Source: Candidatus Babeliales bacterium
Lineage (GTDB): Bacteria; Babelota; Babeliae; Babelales; JANWKD01
Direction of reading: 5' to 3'
DNA: 64,000 nucleotides
Assembly: GCA_963701665.1 (NCBI GenBank)
Contig: OY969622.1
Coordinates: forward strand, 1,273,193 to 1,337,192
The notes below the pieces were generated by a model. The model worked only from the letters and a program-made list of their open reading frames with translations. It searched no databases and was not told the DNA's origin. Position 1 is the stretch's first letter. Every line of letters begins with the position of its first letter. The position numbers were made by a program, and so were the translations under genes. This document shows, piece by piece, positions 50,695 to 60,415 of this stretch.

Positions 50695-51462
50695 ATGATT
50701 AGATTAGTTGATCTGAAAAAAAAGTTTGGCACACGGTGGGTAACTGACGGTGTTAACCTTGATATTCCCGAGGGAAAAATGACCGTCATTGTTGGACGAT
50801 CGGGTGAAGGTAAATCGGTACTTTTAAAACAGATCATTGGTTTGATCGAGCCAACATCGGGTGCTGTCTATGTTGGCGATGTCAATATCACGGAACTCAG
50901 CAAAAAAGATCGTGAAGCTGTATTTAAAGAATTTGGGTATGTATTTCAGTTTGCCGCATTGCTCGATTCACTCAACATCTTTCAAAATATCGGTATAAAA
51001 CTTCTTGAAGAAGGAGTATCTGAAAAAGATGTGGCGCCATTAGTCAATCACCAACTAGCTCTTGTTAATTTATCTCCTGATGTCTTACAAAAATTTCCTT
51101 CAGAACTTTCAGGCGGTATGAGAAAACGTGTCGGATTGGCGCGTACGCTCATGACACAGCCAAAAATTATTCTCTATGATGAGCCAACCACCGGTCTTGA
51201 TCCTATTACATCCCGCGTGATCCATGAATTAATGTTTTCTATGCAACAACAACTTAACATTACTTCAATCATCATTTCCCATGATGTTGAAATATTTAAA
51301 TATGCCGATTATGTTGCGTTGCTCAATGGAGGAAAAATTCAGTTCTTTGGTGAGGCAAAAACAATTTGGGAATCTGACAACCCGTATATTTATCAATTCA
51401 TCCGTGGGCTGCCTGAGGGCCCGATACAAACAGAAATTCCTGCTCAACCGCACGATTATTAA
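50695..51462 (+). CDS. mlaF: MlaF-family ABC ATPase
   Basis: GRSGEGKS, FQFAALLDS, ELSGGMRKRVGLAR, YDEPTTGLDP. Confidence 0.9.
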   Translation: MIRLVDLKKKFGTRWVTDGVNLDIPEGKMTVIVGRSGEGKSVLLKQIIGLIEPTSGAVYVGDVNITELSKKDREAVFKEFGYVFQFAALLDSLNIFQNIGIKLLEEGVSEKDVAPLVNHQLALVNLSPDVLQKFPSELSGGMRKRVGLARTLMTQPKIILYDEPTTGLDPITSRVIHELMFSMQQQLNITSIIISHDVEIFKYADYVALLNGGKIQFFGEAKTIWESDNPYIYQFIRGLPEGPIQTEIPAQPHDY

Positions 51463-51562
51463 TTCACTTTGTAGAAATTGCCTATTTTTATTTTTTATAA
51501 AAATACTCTATAATAATAAATGAACTTGATTATTCACTTTAACTTTAGCAGTTGGGAAGCGT

Positions 51563-52852
51563 ATGATTTTAGCTTTTTTACTCGTATTCATTATTCATAC
51601 CGCTCTCGTAGGCATGGAACAAGAGAAAGAAAACGAATTACATGTGTGGTATGATTTTCAATGTGCTCCATCAACAAAAGCCCCTGACATAAAACAAGCG
51701 GCACATCATAAAGTTATTCCAGAGACTTTCGCTCATCATTATTTCCCTCAATGGGTAGAAATTACACTACAAGAAGGAACGGCCAATCGTTATAAGGCCG
51801 CAAGCAAAACTATTGCATGGACTACTGCAGAAAACCATCAAAGGTGTTATTATTTCAACAAAAAATTTGCAAAAAGCATACGTGAAATTGCTTTTAATAA
51901 ACCCATTGAGTTATTTGATATATCATCCAATGGGGAAAAATTGATAGTTGTTACGGGCAAAAATTTTTGCACAATATGGGATCTAAAAGAGCACAAGCAA
52001 ATTCAAAAAGATACCCTGACATCAGAAAACAAAACGCCAATTATTACGGCAGTACAATTTATTGATTCTAATTCCTGCCTTGCTGCCGCTGATGATCACA
52101 CATTCACGTGCTTCGCTTGTGATGGTACATCACAAAAATATTTTGCCCTCAACCATCATGACCCAACAGTAGCACTTTCAATAGATAATGTTATTAACAG
52201 GCACCATTGTTTTTTTGCTTACCACGCAAGTGGTGATGTCCATTATTATCACATGATGGATGATACAGAATATAACGATCTCATATACAAACTTGATGAA
52301 AAAATACCCCCATTCAATGCAATTCTATCAGCTAATGATAAAAATTGGATTGCACAGGATGAAAACAAAGGACTCTATTGCTTTACTCTTCAATCTGGCT
52401 CTCATTTTATTTTTGATACATTAAATTATTGTGGCACCTTAGTAGGAAAAACGTATAAAGGAACAATTCTTATATTCGAAGAATCTGAAGAATCTACCCA
52501 CGAACTTCCGAAATTAATTAATTTTTCTCTAAACACACGGAGAATACTTGATAAAATACCGCTTGCCAGAAACACAAAACCAGTTCCCCAAAAATTCTAT
52601 TCATCTCGAATAATACCTAAAGAGAATTGGCTTCCTCGCTTCTTAATTTATCAAGATAACCCAGCTTTTTTCACCTTATTGAAAAAGAAATCGCCATCGC
52701 CAGAACAATCAGTATGGCTTGCTCAATTTGCAGAAGCATCGAAAGCGCAGAACCACGCAGCAATAAACGACCTTTTAAATCATGAAATTTTTAAAAACCT
52801 GAGTCCTTCTACACAGGAATCATTAAAAGCGCTGTATGCACCTGAACATTAG
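51563..52852 (+). CDS. Secreted protein with degenerate WD40/beta-propeller-like region
   Basis: ...LVG|MEQ; ISSNGEKLIVVTGKNFCTIWDL, ITAVQF. Confidence 0.6.
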   Translation: MILAFLLVFIIHTALVGMEQEKENELHVWYDFQCAPSTKAPDIKQAAHHKVIPETFAHHYFPQWVEITLQEGTANRYKAASKTIAWTTAENHQRCYYFNKKFAKSIREIAFNKPIELFDISSNGEKLIVVTGKNFCTIWDLKEHKQIQKDTLTSENKTPIITAVQFIDSNSCLAAADDHTFTCFACDGTSQKYFALNHHDPTVALSIDNVINRHHCFFAYHASGDVHYYHMMDDTEYNDLIYKLDEKIPPFNAILSANDKNWIAQDENKGLYCFTLQSGSHFIFDTLNYCGTLVGKTYKGTILIFEESEESTHELPKLINFSLNTRRILDKIPLARNTKPVPQKFYSSRIIPKENWLPRFLIYQDNPAFFTLLKKKSPSPEQSVWLAQFAEASKAQNHAAINDLLNHEIFKNLSPSTQESLKALYAPEH

Positions 52853-52902
52853 AAAAACTTTTGTTTAATAGCCATAAATAAGCTACAATAAAACATACCA
52901 GC

Positions 52903-54270
52903 CTATGAATAAATAATTTTAGTTGGTTGAAATACAGGATATCCTTTATAGAAGCTGCCTCCGGGCAAAAAATAAAGAGCAATCGGCGTCACAATACTTC
53001 CTCCTAATGCAAGCCATTTTGCAATAAATTCAGCTGATTCTAATTCAATAATAGTTTTACGTTTCAGTTGTGCTCCGGCTAATTGCATACTTTTCGTAAC
53101 AAAATATGCTGTTAATTTTATAACATTTTCTATCCATGCATGTTTGCCGCCATGGTTTGTCTGGCTTGGACCAAATGAACTAAGCCCCAATAAGCCTCCT
53201 GAACATAATCCAATGAAAGCTGCTAATGATATTTTTTTTGCAAAAAATGGATAATGCATTCTTTTTTCAAAAAAATTTGGTTCCACAGCATCTTGAAGAA
53301 CGCTCTTACACTCTTGTGGAAGAGTAGCTGAAAATTGTAACTCGCCATTTTCTCCTGCTTTAAAGGACGAAATACACTCAATAGGATTATTATATAATGC
53401 AATCGTTATCTGAATATTAGACATGCATCTGGGAAAAATTACATTTTTTACGTTGCTAGAAATTACTCTGAGTATTCTTATATTTGGAAAATGTTGTAAT
53501 AAAGATGCAATATCTAATTTAATAAAATTATTACGTGAAAGATCTAGGAAATCAACACTGTCTTTATTTGGTTTCAAAGATATTCCATATAATGTGGATA
53601 AGCCCTCACCAGCCAAAGAAATCATATTACTAAAACGCTGGGCTCTTTCATGATCACGCATTAAATCAGCTACGGATCGTATACCACAACGCTGAAGACA
53701 TTTATGAACTTTTTTATCATATTCAGCAAATTCATCAAAATGAAGAGCCATTTTTTGTATTGATTCTTCAGGGAGCCCAAAATAATCAGCCGCTTTCATA
53801 ACCGGCTTAATATTTTCTTGAGGAATAACATGCATGGTTATATCATCATTGGCCACATCAATAACAGTTTCAACAATGTCTCTTCTTGCAATATCACGAT
53901 CAACTAACCTGGCAAGATCAATGTAAGAATCTGGAGGGCAAAAATAATCCTCTCTTGTGTCATTAATACCATCAAAGCTTCCTTCTTTGAGCACATACTG
54001 TTCCTCAAAACAGTAAAAAAAAGGAACTTTTCTTGTTATATCGCTCTTAAAATCATCTTCATCAGAAATATTAAATATATTTTGAGCGGCATTTAATTTT
54101 TGCGCACGATCTAGATCAACATGAAAAAAGTTGCCATCGGCATCTTTCATGGTAATTTTCCTAGCCATTTCTTGCGGTTCACCATGCAGAAGTTGCGCAA
54201 TAAGTTCTGAATTCATTGCATGAGTAAAAAGAGATGTACTAAGAAATAATAAAAGAATGATATTCTTCAT
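52903..54270 (-). CDS. Secreted leucine-rich-repeat protein with BTB/Skp1-like segment and C-terminal hydrophobic helices
   Basis: ...THA|MNS; VMKAADYFGL; ISLAGEGLSTL, LDLSRNNF, ALYNNPI. Confidence 0.6.
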   Translation of the reverse strand: MKNIILLLFLSTSLFTHAMNSELIAQLLHGEPQEMARKITMKDADGNFFHVDLDRAQKLNAAQNIFNISDEDDFKSDITRKVPFFYCFEEQYVLKEGSFDGINDTREDYFCPPDSYIDLARLVDRDIARRDIVETVIDVANDDITMHVIPQENIKPVMKAADYFGLPEESIQKMALHFDEFAEYDKKVHKCLQRCGIRSVADLMRDHERAQRFSNMISLAGEGLSTLYGISLKPNKDSVDFLDLSRNNFIKLDIASLLQHFPNIRILRVISSNVKNVIFPRCMSNIQITIALYNNPIECISSFKAGENGELQFSATLPQECKSVLQDAVEPNFFEKRMHYPFFAKKISLAAFIGLCSGGLLGLSSFGPSQTNHGGKHAWIENVIKLTAYFVTKSMQLAGAQLKRKTIIELESAEFIAKWLALGGSIVTPIALYFLPGGSFYKGYPVFQPTKIIYS

Positions 54271-54362
54271 GGAAGCTAACCTTAAAAAGCAATATTTATT
54301 TTAAATAGAATAACACAACATTAAAAACTAATCAGTAAAGAATTAAGAAAAAGGAATGGAAT

Positions 54363-55343
54363 ATGTGCACCGGAATTAAATTACTTGCGCAAAATGGCGC
54401 GCCAATATACGCGCGCACGTTAGAATTTGGTCAAAATATCGAATCAAAAATAATTATTATACCGCGCAATTATTCATTCATTGGTACACCGCTATCACGA
54501 GAATCTGCAGGAATGTCATGGCAATCTAAATATGCTGCAGTCGGCACGAATGCGCTCGGGCTCAATCATATTCTTGACGGCGTTAATGAAAAAGGACTTG
54601 CGGGTGGCATTTTTTATTTTCCCCACTATGCACAGTATCAAGATGTTGCATCTCAAGACTATAATCGTTCACTAGCGCCCTGGGAATTATTAACATGGCT
54701 GCTTACCAATTTTGCGACTGTTAATGAAGCCAAAACAGCATTGCCAACAATATTTGTAAGCAATACGGTATACAAACCATGGAACATGGTGCCGCCAATA
54801 CATTTCATTATGCATGATGTGACGGGCGCTTCGCTTGTTATTGAATATCTACAAGGAAAGCTCGTCATGCATGACAATCCACTCGGCGTCATTACGAACG
54901 CGCCTCAATTTGAATGGCACATGATGAACTTGAATAATTATCTTCATCTCAGCCCGATCAACAGAAAAAACACTCAACTTAATAGTGTAACGTTAACATC
55001 CTTTGGCCAAGGTTCTGGCATGCTTGGGTTACCCGGCGATTTCACGCCGCCATCGCGCTTTGTACGTGCAACGTTTTTCAGCCAAACTGCTTTTGTTGGT
55101 AACAATGAAGATGAAGCGCGGCAAACAGCATTCAGGATTTTAAATCTCTTTAACATCCCAAAAGGGATCATACAGGATGTTGATGATGATAAAACCTTCT
55201 GCGATTACACGCAATGGACAAGCGCGTGCGATCTTAAAAACGCGCGTTATTATTATCATACCTATGAGGATGCACGCGTTCGCACCGTTGATTTGCGTAC
55301 GCATGACTTAAACGCTCGTGAGCCGATTATTATGGAAATGTAG
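54363..55343 (+). CDS. Choloylglycine hydrolase / penicillin V acylase family Ntn-hydrolase
   Basis: N-terminal MCT nucleophile, ARTLEF, DGVNEKGL, TNAP, GLPGDFTPPSRFVRA. Confidence 0.93.
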   Translation: MCTGIKLLAQNGAPIYARTLEFGQNIESKIIIIPRNYSFIGTPLSRESAGMSWQSKYAAVGTNALGLNHILDGVNEKGLAGGIFYFPHYAQYQDVASQDYNRSLAPWELLTWLLTNFATVNEAKTALPTIFVSNTVYKPWNMVPPIHFIMHDVTGASLVIEYLQGKLVMHDNPLGVITNAPQFEWHMMNLNNYLHLSPINRKNTQLNSVTLTSFGQGSGMLGLPGDFTPPSRFVRATFFSQTAFVGNNEDEARQTAFRILNLFNIPKGIIQDVDDDKTFCDYTQWTSACDLKNARYYYHTYEDARVRTVDLRTHDLNAREPIIMEM

Positions 55344-55368
55344 CATGGCAACAAATCATTAAAAAAAT

Positions 55369-55397
55369 TTGACAACATTTCAAATATCGGTTAAATT
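55369..55397 (+). promoter_or_regulatory. Putative sigma70 promoter
   Basis: TTGACA, 17-nt spacer, TAAATT. Confidence 0.6.
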
Positions 55398-55446
55398 TTT
55401 AAATAGACTTTTTTCTTTCAAGGAACTCCCACAAGGAGAGCGTATC

Positions 55447-55482
55447 ATGGAAATTGCCATTCATCATCCCCGTATCTTCTAG
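55447..55482 (+). CDS. Putative leader peptide MEIAIHHPRIF
   Basis: Strong AAGGAG RBS; 11 codons plus TAG, in the 5' leader of the ABC exporter. Confidence 0.5.
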   Translation: MEIAIHHPRIF

Positions 55483-55622
55483 CGTAGCACGCGCACACTT
55501 AATTTTTGCATAACTCAGCTTATGCGTAATTCTTCACTTTAATTATTTATTTAAAAACGTATCCCTGCATTTTTTATCAAAATGGCATGGATTATAACTT
55601 AATCTTCCCACTAAGAGGTATT

Positions 55623-56360
55623 ATGAACTCTGTTTTACTTCGTATAAAAAACATTCAAAAAAAATATGGTGATAAAACTGTTTTAAAAGGAATTAATCTT
55701 GATATTTTCAAAGGTGAAATTCTGAGCCTGCTAGGCGTCAACGGTGCAGGAAAAACGACGCTATCCTCGATAATTGCCACATTGCATCCTGCAACACAGG
55801 GTGACATTGAATACGAGGGTAGCTCAATTTATCACAACATTCCTGACTTTCGCTTAAAGTTAGGATATTGCCCGCAAAAACCAAATCTCAACATGATGCT
55901 CACTTTGGAACAAAATTTATTTTTTGCAGGAAAATTTTATGGGCTCTCGCGCGCAACTATCCAAGCACGCATCAATGAACTTGCTCAAAAATTAGGCTTG
56001 CAAGAATATCTGCAACAAAAAGCATCGGTTTTATCAGGTGGGTATATGCAACGATTCATGATTGCACGCAGCCTTATTCATAATCCTGAATTTTTGATTT
56101 TGGATGAACCGACAGTGGGTCTTGACCCTCACATCAGAAGAAATTTGTGGGACATAATCAAACAATTAAAACATGATGGCATCACAGTATTATTGACTAC
56201 GCACTATCTTGATGAAGCAGAAAAACTTTCTGATCGCGTGTGTATTTTGGATGCAGGACAAATAAAACTTATTGATACGCCCGACAAGCTTCTGCATGAT
56301 TTCAAGCAAAAGAATCTCGAAGATGTCTTTATTGAATTGCTCAAAGCTGGCCAACAATAA
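55623..56360 (+). CDS. ABC-2 type (DrrA/NodI-like) exporter ATP-binding protein
   Basis: GVNGAGKTT, LSGG, LDEPTVGLDP, LTTHYLDEAE; likely start ATG 55623 after AGAGGT. Confidence 0.92.
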   Translation: MNSVLLRIKNIQKKYGDKTVLKGINLDIFKGEILSLLGVNGAGKTTLSSIIATLHPATQGDIEYEGSSIYHNIPDFRLKLGYCPQKPNLNMMLTLEQNLFFAGKFYGLSRATIQARINELAQKLGLQEYLQQKASVLSGGYMQRFMIARSLIHNPEFLILDEPTVGLDPHIRRNLWDIIKQLKHDGITVLLTTHYLDEAEKLSDRVCILDAGQIKLIDTPDKLLHDFKQKNLEDVFIELLKAGQQ

Positions 56361-56430
56361 TATTTTAGAGTGAATTCTATGAAGAAAAACATAAATTTAG
56401 CCTCGAGCAAATGACTTTGAAAACAAAATT

Positions 56431-56536
56431 GTCATTGCGAGCCCTGAAAGGGCGTGGCAACCCAGATAATAAAATAAGTTCATTAAAAATAAGGATTTAT
56501 CAAAATTCTGGATCCCCACGCTCCGCTCGGGAAGAC
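56431..56536. repeat. Palindromic element copy 8
   Basis: GTCATTGCGAG CCCTGAAAGGG CGTGGCAACCCAG...CTGGATCCCCACG CTCCG CTCGGGAAGAC. Confidence 0.9.
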
Positions 56537-56614
56537 ATTTGGGGATATTTTATTTGCTGATAAATGAGTAACTTTTTTTATCGAATTCAAATTATTTTAC
56601 AATGAAAGAATTAT

Positions 56615-57409
56615 ATGAAACATACAAACATATGGTCATACGCAACAGTATGCAAAGAACTCATCTATGCAGATTTATTAGGATTCAAACAAACATTTTT
56701 AGACAAACTCATTGATGTAAGTATATGGGTTATCTTAACCATGATCGTCACCAGTTATATCATGCCGTATTTTGGCTTGTCACATGATTTTGGCGTATTT
56801 CAATTAGCCGGCATTATTGCTGCTATCGGACTTTTTGAATTGTATGCAAGCGCCGTCGAATTTGTTTCAGATCTTGAAGGTAACCGCTGCATAAATTACA
56901 GTTTAACTTTGCCAATACCTTCATGGTTAGCTCTTATAAGCAAAGCCACTTATTATTTCATCATTTACTTCATTTTATCTGTCCTTATGCTTCCTATAGG
57001 CAAATTAACCTTATGGAGTCAATTTAATCTTGCCCAGATTAATTACTTCAAATTATTCTTGAGCTTTATTTTTCAAAATATATTCTATGCCTGCTTTGTT
57101 TTATGGATAGCCAGCATTGTTGATAACATGAATAAATTTGGCAGCGTCTGGGCACGTTATATTTTTCCCCTGTGGTTCATGGGCGGATTTCAATTTTCAT
57201 GGGTTGCACTGCATCACGTGTTACCGTATGTTGCCTATATAAACTTACTCAATCCCATGATATACATCACTGAAGCAATGCGTATTTCTTTATTAGGGCA
57301 AGATGGCTATCTTAATTTCTGGCTCAGCTTGTTAGCAATTGCATTTTTTTCAGTAATTACCTTATGTGTTGGCATCAGAAATTTAAAACGGCGACTTGAT
57401 TTTGTATAA
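56615..57409 (+). CDS. ABC-2 type exporter permease
   Basis: About 6 TM helices; LLNPMIYITEAMR motif; follows the ATPase. Confidence 0.88.
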   Translation: MKHTNIWSYATVCKELIYADLLGFKQTFLDKLIDVSIWVILTMIVTSYIMPYFGLSHDFGVFQLAGIIAAIGLFELYASAVEFVSDLEGNRCINYSLTLPIPSWLALISKATYYFIIYFILSVLMLPIGKLTLWSQFNLAQINYFKLFLSFIFQNIFYACFVLWIASIVDNMNKFGSVWARYIFPLWFMGGFQFSWVALHHVLPYVAYINLLNPMIYITEAMRISLLGQDGYLNFWLSLLAIAFFSVITLCVGIRNLKRRLDFV

Positions 57410-57427
57410 TCGGATAGGAGAGAGCGG

Positions 57428-58711
57428 TTAACGGCTTTCTCCTACCACCCCACCATATTTCCGTTTCATAAAATAACCCCGTGCTTTAAGATCTTTATAC
57501 AAGTTTTTGCACTGTTGATCGTCCTTATCACAATATAACTTAGGAGAGCCTTCAATAAAGTCTGGATCAAAATTTTGTTTAACAAGGGATCCCTTGTTAA
57601 AAACAGTTACAGCCGCACTTGCACATTGGTATCTATGGCTAATAAAGCTTATGTTACTGGTATATTCAAGAGGAATCTCCAGTTCCTTTTTATTATTTCG
57701 CATTAAAAGAAATTGACCCGTGTCTCTTCCGCAGTCCCAAGCTCGAAAAATCGGGGTAGCATTAGCATGAATAAGAATATTTTCGTTCTTCTCAGGGAAA
57801 GCTCGAACCTTATCAGAATCATTAAACTTAAATAGGAAGCCATTGGAAAGTAGCATGCCTTGATTTGACGTTAAAAGGCTATACATCCGCTTCAACGTTC
57901 CAAAAGGATCAACAAGATGCCGAAGCGTCCAATTAGAAACAATCAAATCAACCTTTCCTTTGAGGTCAAAACCTCTTTTTGAAAGCTCTTCATCAATGTT
58001 TTCTATTTTAAACCGATTCAGTTGATAAAGAGTAACGTGACCCTCTTGCTGTACTATTTCTTCGCATTCTTTTCCACCAGTAACACTAAAAATATGAAAT
58101 CGTTTTCCGCTTTTTTTACATGCTTTACTTTGCAAAATGCGCATAGCATGCCTTCCCCAGCCGCCTCTTGCACAACCAACATCTATGATATAAACATCCT
58201 CTTTTTCCTGATTCTCAGAAGCAAGATGCTTAAGTAACAATTTATCATTAATGCCAAGCAATCCATAAAAATCGAAGCCATTATATAACCATTGATCATC
58301 GCCCGTATCTTTGTTCAGTTCAAATGCCTTATCTGCTTCAGCCTGAATTTGCGATGGTCGATCACCAAGCACAGCATTTTCTTCTTTTTCTATAGCAGAT
58401 TGGTATTTTTTCCAATCCGCAGCACCCACACCTAAGGCCACACCAAGAATAACAGGTCCCTTTATATTAAGAGCTTTTGAGGCTCTATTATTAGTTCTCA
58501 TAAAACGTGTATTAAAACACGATGATTTTAAAGGCTTATGATATGTGTTAGTAAAACGCGTAGTTGAAAGTGCATTTCCTCTAAAAAATCCCCTATTAAA
58601 GGCCATCCCCCGATATTTCATAGGATACAGAGAAAAACATAGAAATAATAAGCTAAAAAACAGTAATTTTTTACCAATCAAGAAAGACTCCATTTCAATT
58701 TCATTAACCAA
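57428..58711 (-). CDS. Secreted class I SAM-dependent methyltransferase-like protein
   Basis: IIDVGCARG motif I; VDLIVSNWTLRHLVDP..LKRMYSLL; signal peptide ...LYP|MKY. Confidence 0.75.
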   Translation of the reverse strand: MVNEIEMESFLIGKKLLFFSLLFLCFSLYPMKYRGMAFNRGFFRGNALSTTRFTNTYHKPLKSSCFNTRFMRTNNRASKALNIKGPVILGVALGVGAADWKKYQSAIEKEENAVLGDRPSQIQAEADKAFELNKDTGDDQWLYNGFDFYGLLGINDKLLLKHLASENQEKEDVYIIDVGCARGGWGRHAMRILQSKACKKSGKRFHIFSVTGGKECEEIVQQEGHVTLYQLNRFKIENIDEELSKRGFDLKGKVDLIVSNWTLRHLVDPFGTLKRMYSLLTSNQGMLLSNGFLFKFNDSDKVRAFPEKNENILIHANATPIFRAWDCGRDTGQFLLMRNNKKELEIPLEYTSNISFISHRYQCASAAVTVFNKGSLVKQNFDPDFIEGSPKLYCDKDDQQCKNLYKDLKARGYFMKRKYGGVVGESR

Positions 58712-58845
58712 GAAAAGCTTAATTCACTCCATTTATTTTACATTAAATACTCAATTTGTCAATAATTAGGCGTTGCAACACAGAAAATACAAAAAATGTG
58801 TATTTATATATTTACTAAAAACAGAGACTTTTTAGGAATTTTTAT

Positions 58846-59051
58846 ATGACCTCTCCAAGAAATGAAATTTCTAGAATAATTATCGAAATGCCAAAAGAGC
58901 AACATAAAAGGTTTAAATGCGAGCAGCAATGCTTGGAAACAGCATGGAAGATATTATTTTGGAATCATTAGAAGCAACGGAAGAATGTTTGAATAGTGAT
59001 CATTATCCTAATAAGACAACATTGAAAACGATTGAAAGTGCTAAAAAATAA
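58846..59051 (+). pseudogene. Frameshifted antitoxin-like (RHH/DinJ-RelB-like) gene remnant
   Basis: MTSPRNEISRIIIEMPKEQHKRFK, then a 1-nt shift to MRAAMLGNSMEDIILESLE...DHYPNKTTLKTIESAKK*. Confidence 0.55.
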
Positions 59052-59058
59052 CAACATA

Positions 59059-60360
59059 TCACAATGAACGCGTGCGCATAAAATTTGATAAGGCAAACGT
59101 CAATTTTGTGCCCAATATTTTTTGAACGGTGGGCCCTAAAGTGAAATGGCGATCGGGAGAAAAAACATCATCAAGATCATTGCGTTTGTTCACAATGCTT
59201 TCAGCACTATAAACGCCCAAAGCGGCTGCCCACGGAAGTCCCGCTGCGCCACTTACATAATAAAGCGAAGGATTATTCTTATCGCGGCCTGCTACGGGCA
59301 TAATATCTTTGGTAATGCCAATGATGCCAGGCCAGATATAATTGAACTGAACAGAGAGAGCGGGAAATTTTTTCTTGAAATAACGCATGAGTATTTTTTG
59401 TATTGCTGTCGTGTTGTGCTGCGCGCGCGAATCATAGGTTGCAAGTAAACGAGCGCCGCCAAGCATTACTCTATTATCACCATCCAAACGAAAATAATTA
59501 TAGATCAAATCGGTATCCCAGCACATCATGCGCTGTGCGGGAAAAATGTGTCGTGCTTGTTCATCGGTCAGCGGTGAACTCATCATTAAAAAAGTTTGCG
59601 CGTGATAAACGGCGGTAAGCAATTTTTTAAAATCTCGTATGAAGGCATCTATGCATATAACAATCGTATCTGCTTGGAACTCCATTGATGGCGTTATAAC
59701 CTTGTGAGCATTAATCTCGAGCGCGGGACAATCTTCAAAAATCTGTACGCCTTGATTCAACAAAATATGTTTCATCGCCTGACAATATTGGTAGGCACAG
59801 ATACCGAACGTACCCGGATAACGAATCGCGCCATAATAATCGGAAGAACCTAGAATAGAGGGCAGTTCTCCTTGTGTGTATAATTTGCTCTCGTAATGCA
59901 GATCTCTGTGAGCTTTGTATTCTCGTTCTATAGAATTTTTTAATCCTCTCCAGCTTGTTGCAAGGACCAACGTATCCTGTTCTTGATAATCACATGCGAT
60001 AGAATATTTTTTGATATTTGCGCGAATATTTTCAACGCCTGATAGCGCGAATTCCCATAAATTTTTTCCTTGTTCAGGCCCATAAATTTCTAAGAAATTA
60101 TGCAATGAAAATTCTGAATCGGGCGTAATGAACCCCGAACTTCTCCCACTTGCGCCAGCACCGCAATAGTTTTTTTCAATAAGCGCAACAGAAAGTCCTT
60201 TTTGGATAAAACTTTGTGCAGCACTTAAGCCAGCCATTCCGCCACCAATAACAAGAACGTCCGTTTTTACTGATTTTTTTGTCGGGCTGCAAAAGGGCCT
60301 GTTAATATACCACAATACTTCATCAAGTGGCGCGATATGCATATTTTTATTTCCATGCAA
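59059..60360 (-). CDS. FAD-dependent oxidoreductase (DadA/PuuB-like)
   Basis: VIGGGMAGLS, GAGASGRSSGF, YFRLDGDNRVMLGG, WPGIIG. Confidence 0.88.
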   Translation of the reverse strand: MHGNKNMHIAPLDEVLWYINRPFCSPTKKSVKTDVLVIGGGMAGLSAAQSFIQKGLSVALIEKNYCGAGASGRSSGFITPDSEFSLHNFLEIYGPEQGKNLWEFALSGVENIRANIKKYSIACDYQEQDTLVLATSWRGLKNSIEREYKAHRDLHYESKLYTQGELPSILGSSDYYGAIRYPGTFGICAYQYCQAMKHILLNQGVQIFEDCPALEINAHKVITPSMEFQADTIVICIDAFIRDFKKLLTAVYHAQTFLMMSSPLTDEQARHIFPAQRMMCWDTDLIYNYFRLDGDNRVMLGGARLLATYDSRAQHNTTAIQKILMRYFKKKFPALSVQFNYIWPGIIGITKDIMPVAGRDKNNPSLYYVSGAAGLPWAAALGVYSAESIVNKRNDLDDVFSPDRHFTLGPTVQKILGTKLTFALSNFMRTRSL

Positions 60361-60415
60361 AGAAGACTTAACTCATACAACACTATGCATGGTATCATGT
60401 TGTTTTTAAAGAAAT

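Noticed and set aside
58905..58925. Programmed -1 frameshift in the antitoxin-like ORF
   Set aside because: TTTAAA is not phased as an X XXY YYZ slippery heptamer and there is no downstream stimulator; a simple deletion is more likely.
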